A stretch of DNA of 64,000 nt, from NCBI GenBank assembly GCA_019634695.1, contig JAHCAW010000003.1, forward strand, positions 3,397 to 67,396, read 5' to 3'. Origin of the DNA: Candidatus Sumerlaeia bacterium. GTDB lineage: Bacteria; Sumerlaeota; Sumerlaeia; SLMS01; JAHLLQ01. The notes beneath the pieces were generated by a model. That model was not told the DNA's origin. It ran no database searches and saw nothing but the letters and a program-made list of their open reading frames with translations. This document shows, one piece after another, positions 57,108 through 64,000 of the stretch; within the stretch, counting starts at the first letter, position 1, and every line of letters begins with the position of its first letter. A program made the position numbers and the translations under genes.

Positions 57108-58571
57108 CTACTCCGCGGCCTCGTCCATCATGTAGCTCACCGCGTCGGTGTACGAGATGCGGGCGTCCTTGATGTGCTTGGTCAGCAGGAAGTTCTGGTG
57201 GAGCCCGTCGATGACGAACTCCATGATGAGGGGAATGTCGGTTTCCTGCTCGGCGAGCTGGAGGTCGCGGGCGATGATCTCGAGGCCGCCGATGGCGTCG
57301 AGGGCGGAGCGGTAGGCCGCCGCGCTCATGTCGGTATGCAGCTCCAGATGGTTGCCGGCTTCGAACCAGTCGATGATGGGCTGGAAGCGCGAGAAGTCCG
57401 CCTTGCGGTCGCGTCCGCGGCGATAGCCCGGCACGACGCGGCTGTTGAACGCCGTGCGGATCGCGCGGCCCAGCAGGTGCAGCGCCACGTTGGCGGCGCC
57501 CTCCTGCTCGCCCTTGAAGACCAGTTCGATCTTGCCTGTCAGCGCGCTGATGGCGGGAAACAGGTCGGCGATGCGGACGCTCGTCGCCTCTTCGCCGTGG
57601 CGCAGGGCGCGCGTCTCGGCGACCGACAGCACCGTCTCGATGTACGAGATCGGCATGCGGGCGCTGACGCCGGAGGTCTTGTCGACGAAGTCGCTCGCGC
57701 GCGCCTCGAGCGCGATCGTCTCGACGATCTCGCGGACGAGTTGCGGCGCACGCACCGGCAGGCCGCGCTCGGTCCATGCCTCCTGCGCCGTGATGCGCAT
57801 CGAGTCGTCGAGCGATTCGGGGTAGTGCGTCAGGATCTGCGCGCTGATGCGATCCTTCAGCGGCGTGATGATGTTGCCGCGGTTCGTGTAGTCCTCGGGA
57901 TTCGCCGTGAAGACGAGCAACAGGTCGAGCGGCAGGCGCACGGGGAAGCCGCGGATCTGGATGTCGTTCTCCTCGAGGATGTTGAGCAGGCCGACCTGGA
58001 TGCGGGCTTGCAGGTCGGGCAGTTCGTTGATGGCGAAGATGCCGCGATTTGTGCGCGGGACGAGGCCGTAGTGGATGACCTCCTCGTCGCTGAAGTCGAG
58101 CTTGCGGGCGACCGCCTTGATGGGATCGACGTCGCCGATCAGGTCGGCGATGGAAACGTCGGGCGTGGCGAGCTTCTCCTGGTAGCGCCTTGCGCGCGGC
58201 AGCCATTCGATGGGTGCTTCGTCGCCGCGGTCGCGCACCAGTTCGCGGCCGCGCTTGGTCAGCGGCTGAAGCGGATCCTCGTTGATCGGCGAATCGGCCA
58301 GCACGGGGATTTCGTCATCGAGCAGATCGACGAGCTGGCGGATCAGGCGCGTCTTGGCCTGGCCGCGGAGGCCGAGCAGCAGGAAGTCGTGCCGCGAGAG
58401 AATCGCGGCGACGACCTGCGGGATGACCGTCTTGTCGTATCCGATGATGCCGGGGAAGAGCGTCTCGCCGGCGCGGAGTTTGCGGACCAGATTCCTCCGC
58501 ATCTCCTCCTTGACGGAGACCGACCGATAGCCGGCGGCCTTGAGTTCGCCGAGGGTGCGGGGGCGCGTCAT
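57108..58571 (-). CDS. AAA+ ATPase, Mg-chelatase ChlI/BchI-like (COG1239-type)
   Basis: LLLGLRGQAKT (Walker A-like), GIFAINELPDL (Walker B), LLNILEENDIQIRG, LLLVFTANPEDY. Confidence 0.7.
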   Translation of the reverse strand: MTRPRTLGELKAAGYRSVSVKEEMRRNLVRKLRAGETLFPGIIGYDKTVIPQVVAAILSRHDFLLLGLRGQAKTRLIRQLVDLLDDEIPVLADSPINEDPLQPLTKRGRELVRDRGDEAPIEWLPRARRYQEKLATPDVSIADLIGDVDPIKAVARKLDFSDEEVIHYGLVPRTNRGIFAINELPDLQARIQVGLLNILEENDIQIRGFPVRLPLDLLLVFTANPEDYTNRGNIITPLKDRISAQILTHYPESLDDSMRITAQEAWTERGLPVRAPQLVREIVETIALEARASDFVDKTSGVSARMPISYIETVLSVAETRALRHGEEATSVRIADLFPAISALTGKIELVFKGEQEGAANVALHLLGRAIRTAFNSRVVPGYRRGRDRKADFSRFQPIIDWFEAGNHLELHTDMSAAAYRSALDAIGGLEIIARDLQLAEQETDIPLIMEFVIDGLHQNFLLTKHIKDARISYTDAVSYMMDEAAE

Positions 58572-58649
58572 GGGGTCGGGGCCTTTCCGCTGCGGCGTGC
58601 CGTCGGGCGGCCGGAGCGCGGGTGCGTTGCCTCCCGACGGGAGCAAGCC

Positions 58650-59216
58650 TCATGCCCTCTCGACGTACGAGCCATCCTCGGTGCTGACGCGGATCTTGTC
58701 GCCGATGCGCACGAAGGTCGGCACCTGGAGCTTGAAGCCCGTCTCGATGGTCGCTTCCTTGGTGATCGTGTTGGCGGTGTTGCCGCGGGTGATGTCGCCG
58801 ATCGTGTCGGTGACGGTGAAGGTCATCTTCGGGGGCAGCTCGATGCCGACCGGTTGGTCGTTCCAGAAGGCGACGATGACTTCTGCCTCGGGGATGAGGA
58901 ACTGTGCCTGGATGCCCAGGAAGTCGGCGGTGACGGAGAACTGCTCGAAGGTCTGCAAGTCCATGAAGGTGAAGTCTTCGCCGTCGGAGTAGAGGAACTG
59001 GCAGGTGCGGGTGCCATAGTCGGCTTCTTCGATATTGGAGGCGCCGCGGAAGGTCATCTCGGTGACACGGCCGTCGGAGACCTTCTTCATCTTGGAGCGC
59101 ACGAAGCTGCGCAGGTTGCCGGGTGTGCGCAGGTCGAAGCTCTGGACGATGTAGAGATCACCGTCGATGACGACCTTCATGCCGGGGCGAAGCTTGCCGG
59201 GATCAACTTGGGCCAT
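58650..59216 (-). CDS. efp: Elongation factor P
   Basis: 188 aa with three-domain EF-P architecture. The loop sequence RTPGNLRSFVR replaces the usual KPGKGxAFVR. Confidence 0.93.
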   Translation of the reverse strand: MAQVDPGKLRPGMKVVIDGDLYIVQSFDLRTPGNLRSFVRSKMKKVSDGRVTEMTFRGASNIEEADYGTRTCQFLYSDGEDFTFMDLQTFEQFSVTADFLGIQAQFLIPEAEVIVAFWNDQPVGIELPPKMTFTVTDTIGDITRGNTANTITKEATIETGFKLQVPTFVRIGDKIRVSTEDGSYVERA

Positions 59217-59391
59217 GGGACCTGGGAATCCTTTCGGGGTTGGAGGGGCGGGAACCGGGACGGTCTTCCCAACCGCGCGGGGAGCAATGCGGCAGGCAAC
59301 CGGCCCACCGCAAGGCCGTTATTGAGGGTTCGGCCGGCATAGACCATCACGGATCGGGTGGAACCGGGGGGGACGCCCCGGCTCGCAGGAC

Positions 59392-60594
59392 TCACCCCTG
59401 CCGGAACAGGAAGCGTCGCATCGAGATGTTCAGAATCAACCCCACCAGCACGAACATCGCCAGCAGGAACGAGCCGCCGTAGCTCAGGAACGGCAGCGGC
59501 AGGCCGGTCACCGGGAACAGCCCGATACACATGCCGATGTTCATGAAGACGTGGCCCGCCAGAATCGCGCCGAGGCCGACGACGAGCAGGCCGCCGAAGC
59601 GGTCGCGCGCCCGGTGCACCGCCACCAGCACGCGCCAGAAGACCACCCCGTACAGCGCCAGGATCAATGCCGCCCCGAGGAACCCCGTCTGCTCGACGGC
59701 ACTGGCGAAGATGAAGTCCGTGTGCGCCTCGGGCAGGTACCGGTGCACCGACTGGGTGCCCTGTCCCCACCCGCGACCGGTCAAACCGCCGGCGCCGACC
59801 GCGATGAAGGACTGGATCGCGTTGTAGCCACTGCCCTGCGGGTCGCGCGCCGGATCGATGAAGGTCAGGATTCGTTCCTTCTGGTAGGTCTTGAGGAACG
59901 GGTAGGTGCCGGCGGCTAGAAGCAGCCCGGAGATCACCAGCGTCGCCAGAATGCGCCGACGCACGCCGCCCCAGTAGAGCATGCCCAGGAAGATGGCGCC
60001 GAACAGCGAGGCCGAGCCCAGATCCGGCTGCCGCAGGATCAGCAGCGCCGGCACCCCGCATAACAGCCCCGGAACCAGCAGGTCGCGCAGCCGCTCCACG
60101 CCCTCGGGCCGCACCGCGAACCAGTGCGCCATCATCATCACGGTGGCCACCTTCATCGTCTCGGCCGGTTGGAAACTCACCGGGCCCAGCCGGAACCACG
60201 ACATCGAGCCGTTGATGCGCGTGCCGAAGAACAGCACCAGCACCAGCAGCGCCAGGTTCGCCAGATAGGCCCCGGTGGCCAGCTTGCCCAGCCAGCGGTA
60301 GTCGGGCAGCAGCACCAGCAGGAATGCGGCGACCGAGATGCCGAACCAGGTGACCTGCCGGTCCGCCGCGGCCAGCAGGAAGGCCGAGCCCTGGACCGTG
60401 CCGAACAGCACCCACAGGCCGATGACCGTCAGCGTCACGGCGGCGGCCATCATCGGAAGATCCAGATAGCGCAGCGCGGCCAGCACCTCGGCCGGGCGGC
60501 GGAAGGCTCCGGTCGGGCGCTCGACGGCCGTGCCGCCATGGCGCACCTGTCCAATCGAGGCGGGGACTTCGGCGCCGAGGTCCAGCACGCTCAT
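59392..60594 (-). CDS. rodA: Peptidoglycan glycosyltransferase RodA (SEDS family)
   Basis: GYNAIQSFIAVGAGGLTGRGWGQGTQ, HTDFIFA, PFLSYGGS. ATG 60594 overlaps the mreD TGA (ATGA). The track start at 60603 is GTG. Confidence 0.9.
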   Translation of the reverse strand: MSVLDLGAEVPASIGQVRHGGTAVERPTGAFRRPAEVLAALRYLDLPMMAAAVTLTVIGLWVLFGTVQGSAFLLAAADRQVTWFGISVAAFLLVLLPDYRWLGKLATGAYLANLALLVLVLFFGTRINGSMSWFRLGPVSFQPAETMKVATVMMMAHWFAVRPEGVERLRDLLVPGLLCGVPALLILRQPDLGSASLFGAIFLGMLYWGGVRRRILATLVISGLLLAAGTYPFLKTYQKERILTFIDPARDPQGSGYNAIQSFIAVGAGGLTGRGWGQGTQSVHRYLPEAHTDFIFASAVEQTGFLGAALILALYGVVFWRVLVAVHRARDRFGGLLVVGLGAILAGHVFMNIGMCIGLFPVTGLPLPFLSYGGSFLLAMFVLVGLILNISMRRFLFRQG

Positions 60595-61148
60595 GCGCGC
60601 CACCTCCCCGCCAAGGTCGGCTCACGGCGCTGACCGGCCCGCACCGCCTGAACCATCCGGCCCGCGGCGACCACCGCCGCCGCCACCGCGATCAGCCCCC
60701 ACGACGCCACCAGCGACAGGACGCCGGCCGGGGGACCCACCAGCGCCGGCCGCAGCCAGCCCGCCAGACCCGTCGCGCCCCACCAAACCGTCACCGCCAG
60801 AAGCGCGAACAGCGCATGGCCGGGCGCCCAACGCGACTCGTCCGCCGGCCGCGGCATCAGGCCGCCAACCAGCAGCGCCGCCGCGCCGGCCGGCAGGCTG
60901 GCACCGAGCAAGCGCCCCGACCCCACATCGGCGATCAGGCAAATAATGACAAGTAGAATTACTTGATAAGCCAGCGGGCGCCGATACGCGAGTGCCGCCC
61001 ACACCAGCACCGGCACCAGCAGCGCCGGGACCACCGACCCCAACAGGCCCCACGCGACGAGCAGTCCCGCCGCGGCCGTCAGGCCGTGCAGCACCGCACT
61101 GGCACGCGGCGCCACAGCGATCATGTCCCCGACGAACTCGACTCTCAT
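60591..61148 (-). CDS. mreD: Rod shape-determining protein MreD (by position and topology)
   Basis: Small polytopic membrane protein between mreC and rodA, with ATGA overlaps at both ends. Confidence 0.55.
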   Translation of the reverse strand: MRVEFVGDMIAVAPRASAVLHGLTAAAGLLVAWGLLGSVVPALLVPVLVWAALAYRRPLAYQVILLVIICLIADVGSGRLLGASLPAGAAALLVGGLMPRPADESRWAPGHALFALLAVTVWWGATGLAGWLRPALVGPPAGVLSLVASWGLIAVAAAVVAAGRMVQAVRAGQRREPTLAGRWRA

Positions 61149-61996
61149 GGCAGCGGCTCCCAGCCGAGCTGCGGCGCATCGAGCACGAACACCGTGCGCA
61201 GCCCTTCGACCGACTGCGCCGGCACCAGCACGGCCCGGCGCTCGCCGGTCCGCGTGATGCCGAGACTGGTGACCGTCCCGATGGGAATCCCGGCTGGCAG
61301 CAGCGAGCCCTTCGTGCCGGAAGTCTCGACGACGTCGCCGGGTTGTACCGGCGCGGCGGCCCGTTCGAGGCGGAACTCTAGGCTGTCCGCGCTGCCGGTA
61401 CCTGCCACAATGCCAAGCTCACTATGTTGACGCACTTCGCCGCCCCATCGGCTGGCCGGATCGCTCAGGAGCTGCACCAGCGCATGCCGCTCGTGCACCT
61501 GCCGCACCGTGCCCAGCAGTCCTTCCGGCCCGACGACCGCCTGGCCAGCAATGATGGCATCGCGACGCCCGCGTCCGATCCAGAGCAGACGCTGGCGCCC
61601 GTCGATCACCGGGGCGATGACCGGTGCCGGGCGGGCGCGCGGGGCGAACTCGGGCAACCCGTCGGCGAGCCGGCCGCTCTGGGCGCGCTCGGCAGCGAGG
61701 GTGTGGGCTTGGGCCAGCTCGAGGCGGAGCGTGGCGACTTCGGTGCGCAGGCGCTCGATCTCCTCGTCCTGCGGGTCGGAATCGGAAAGCCCGGCCGCGG
61801 CGGCGGCGAGGCGGTGGCGCAGGTTGGCGCCCGCCTCCGCCAGTGGCAGCGTGGCGGCCACGCCGGCATGGCGCGCGCCCTGCAGGGCGGACAGGCGCGA
61901 CTGGACGAACAACAGCCCGACCGAGAGTACCGCGAGGGCGGCACCGGTCAGCAGCACCGGTCGGGTGCGTTGCGGCGTGCGGGCCAGGGTCGGCAT
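61145..61996 (-). CDS. mreC: Rod shape-determining protein MreC
   Basis: N-terminal TM helix, a coiled coil (EEIERLRTEVATLRLELAQA), and beta domains with GQAVVGPEGLLGTV and GDVVETSG...LPAGIPIGTV. Confidence 0.85.
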   Translation of the reverse strand: MPTLARTPQRTRPVLLTGAALAVLSVGLLFVQSRLSALQGARHAGVAATLPLAEAGANLRHRLAAAAAGLSDSDPQDEEIERLRTEVATLRLELAQAHTLAAERAQSGRLADGLPEFAPRARPAPVIAPVIDGRQRLLWIGRGRRDAIIAGQAVVGPEGLLGTVRQVHERHALVQLLSDPASRWGGEVRQHSELGIVAGTGSADSLEFRLERAAAPVQPGDVVETSGTKGSLLPAGIPIGTVTSLGITRTGERRAVLVPAQSVEGLRTVFVLDAPQLGWEPLP

Positions 61997-62249
61997 CGGA
62001 CTCCAGCGGGGGCGTGATCAACGGGAGGCATCGCAACCGGCGCCCGCGAGCCGGGTGCGACATGAGTGCCCCGACCACCGCCGGTTCGGGGGAACAACGT
62101 CAAGTATCTTCGTGATTCGCTGCCCGCGGATGGGTGGGCGCCCGATGCCGGCGAATGTTTGCTTGTCCGGTCGGAGGCGGGGGGCTAGGGTCCGCGGGCG
62201 CGTCGGGGGACCGGCGGGCCACCACTTTCCAAGCGTAAGGACGGGCATC

Positions 62250-63314
62250 ATGCCGCTGGTGACGATGCGTCAGGTGTTGGAAGAGGCCGCCAAGGGCGGC
62301 TACGGCGTCGGGGCGTTCAACGTGAACAACATGGAGCAGGTGCAGGCGATCATGGCAGCGGCCGAGGAGTTGGACGCGCCGGTGATCCTGCAAGTCAGCC
62401 GCGGCGCGCTCAAGTACGCCGACGTGATCTACCTGCGGAAGGTGATCGAGGCGGCCACCGAGCGGCATCCCGACGTGCGCGCCGTCGTGCACCTGGACCA
62501 CGGCAACTCGCCCGAGACGTGCGAGATGGCCATGGACCTGGGCTTTACGTCCGTCATGATGGACGGCTCGCTGCATCCCGACGGCAAGACGATCGCCGAC
62601 TACGCTTACAACGTGGAGGTGACGGCGAAGGTGGTCGAGATGGCGCATGCGCGCGGCGTGACGGTCGAGGGCGAGCTGGGCGCGCTGGGCGGCATCGAGG
62701 ATGGCCATGGCGCGGGCATCGACGCCGAGGACGACAAGTATCTGACCGAGCCCGGGCAGGCCGTGGACTTCGTGCGCCAGACCGGGATCGACTGTCTGGC
62801 GGTGGCGATCGGCACGAGTCACGGGGCGTACAAGACGCTGCGCTACGACAAGGCGGGCAACGCGCTGCCGCCGCGCCTGGCGCTGGACCGCATCGAGCAG
62901 ATCACGGCCAACCTGGCGGCGGCGGGCTACAAGGCGTTCCCGCTCGTCATGCACGGCAGCTCGTCGGTGCCGCAGGATATCATCGCCGAAGTCAACAAGT
63001 ACGGCGGCAAGCTGAAGAACGCGATGGGCGTGCCGATGGAGGACATCCAGTTCGGCATCCAGCGCGGCGTGCGCAAGATCAACGTGGACACCGACGGGCG
63101 GCTGGTGATGACCGCCGCGATCCGCCGCGTGCTCTGGGAGCACCCCGAGCTGTTCGATCCGCGCGACTACCTCAAGGAGGCGCGCTCGGCGCTCAAGAAG
63201 CTCATCGCCGAGAAGATGCGCGACTTCGGCCAGGCCGGCCACGGCCACGACTACGAGCCGATCGGGCTCGACGGCATGAGGATGCAGTACGCCCGCGAGG
63301 CCGCTGCCCGTTGA
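62250..63314 (+). CDS. fba: Class II fructose-bisphosphate aldolase
   Basis: GAFNVNNMEQ, ILQVSRGA, HLDHG, SVMMDGS, EGELG, AIGTSHGAYK, MHGSSS, INVDTD. Confidence 0.95.
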   Translation: MPLVTMRQVLEEAAKGGYGVGAFNVNNMEQVQAIMAAAEELDAPVILQVSRGALKYADVIYLRKVIEAATERHPDVRAVVHLDHGNSPETCEMAMDLGFTSVMMDGSLHPDGKTIADYAYNVEVTAKVVEMAHARGVTVEGELGALGGIEDGHGAGIDAEDDKYLTEPGQAVDFVRQTGIDCLAVAIGTSHGAYKTLRYDKAGNALPPRLALDRIEQITANLAAAGYKAFPLVMHGSSSVPQDIIAEVNKYGGKLKNAMGVPMEDIQFGIQRGVRKINVDTDGRLVMTAAIRRVLWEHPELFDPRDYLKEARSALKKLIAEKMRDFGQAGHGHDYEPIGLDGMRMQYAREAAAR

Positions 63315-63357
63315 TTCACCGGTGTTCCAGTATCGTTCCGTCCAGGAGGAGAGTGTG

Positions 63358-64000
63358 ATGCGTTGTTCTGCCAAGGGCGTTGCCCTGTTCAACTCGTGTT
63401 TCGTCGTTCGCGGTTCGTGGTTCGCCACGATGGCAATCGGACTGCTCTTGTCGACAGCTTGCTCGGAGAAGGGATCAGGCGAGTTGTATCGCCACGAGAA
63501 CGACCCGACCCGCGCCCGGAACGTGATCCTGTTCGTCGGCGACGGGATGGGCGACAATCAGGCCACGGCAACGGCGATTAAGCGCGCAGGCCAGAAGCTG
63601 GATGCCGACGGCAATCCGCCCCACATGGCGTGGGAGCGCTTCCCGATTCTCGGACTGGTGACTACGTTCGCGGCCGACGGCTATGTCACCGATTCGGCCT
63701 CGTCGGCGACGACGCTGGCGACCGGACACAAGACCTACAACGCGGCGATCGGACTCTCCGAGGACAAGCAGCCGCTCGAGACGGTCGCCGAGGTGGCCCG
63801 TGCAAGCGGCAAGTTCGTCGGCATCGTCAGCTCGGTGCCGATCAACCATGCGACGCCGGGGGCCTTCTACGCAAAATCCGAGACGCGCCAGAACTACGAC
63901 GAGATCGCCACGCACGCCTTCACGACGCGCACCGCCGACGTGAATCTGGGCGGCGACCTCAAGCGCCAGAAGCTCTCCGAGGCCGACCTGCTGTCAATGG
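63358..64000 (+). CDS. Alkaline phosphatase (PhoA family), 3' end outside window
   Basis: Not in the ORF track because no stop lies inside the window. My own translation gives NVILFVGDGMGDNQ..., GYVTDSASSATTLATGHKTYN, and SVPINHATPGAFYA. AGGAGGAG precedes ATG 63358. An in-frame ATG at 63430 (MAIGLLLSTAC) is an alternative start. Confidence 0.8.
   Translation, partial: MRCSAKGVALFNSCFVVRGSWFATMAIGLLLSTACSEKGSGELYRHENDPTRARNVILFVGDGMGDNQATATAIKRAGQKLDADGNPPHMAWERFPILGLVTTFAADGYVTDSASSATTLATGHKTYNAAIGLSEDKQPLETVAEVARASGKFVGIVSSVPINHATPGAFYAKSETRQNYDEIATHAFTTRTADVNLGGDLKRQKLSEADLLSM
63395..63429. repeat. Five tandem heptads of the CGTGGTT family
   Basis: CGTGTTT CGTCGTT CGCGGTT CGTGGTT CGCCACG, ending directly at ATG 63430. 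Confidence 0.8.

Overview
This is a 64 kb high-GC bacterial chromosomal segment. Hand counts of sampled 60-nt stretches give about 65-68% GC in core genes and about 57-60% in three lower-GC patches. Gene content suggests a Planctomycetota/Phycisphaerae-like organism, but that is inference only: a giant Kelch protein, a TIGR03032 protein, an exported ankyrin protein, and peptidoglycan genes including mreCD-rodA. I call about 50 protein-coding genes and find no rRNA, tRNA, CRISPR array, transposase or integrase.

Gene content along the window:
- Housekeeping: ftsK, recA, efp, tgt, fba, rlmI, an RluA-family pseudouridine synthase, HU/IHF and mreC-mreD-rodA.
- Signalling: a sensor kinase overlapping a REC-PAS-GGDEF-EAL gene, plus an orphan membrane kinase.
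- Sugar locus (27.5-35.7 kb): xylA, a frameshifted GH38 alpha-mannosidase, a PfkB kinase, a D-lyxose isomerase, a DUF4432 epimerase-like gene and a PhyH dioxygenase. It carries a perfect LacI/cre-type operator, but no LacI-family gene is in view.
- Amino-sugar-like locus (44.5-49.9 kb): a DUF5009 membrane protein, a ROK regulator, a solute-binding protein and an HDAC-like deacetylase.
- Accessory-looking parts: a lower-GC two-gene cassette (0.3-1.8 kb) bracketed by ~65-bp direct repeats, a lower-GC NYN-domain singleton at 10.2 kb, and a ~5.7 kb lower-GC ORFan island (35.7-41.4 kb) with an Abi_2-like N-terminal remnant.

The least expected signal is non-genic. A family of heptanucleotide tandem repeats (unit ~CGTGGTT / AACCACG, with an AT-shifted variant TTAGTGT / CACTAAC) sits in intergenic or 5' regions at 33.6, 44.4-44.5 and 63.4 kb. 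Two of the three copies have inverted arms, and one forms a 74-nt stretch with no G at all.

All protein calls rest on motifs I recognise by eye in the supplied translations. No database search was run. The ORF track prints M for alternative starts (TTG/GTG), so several start coordinates are provisional.
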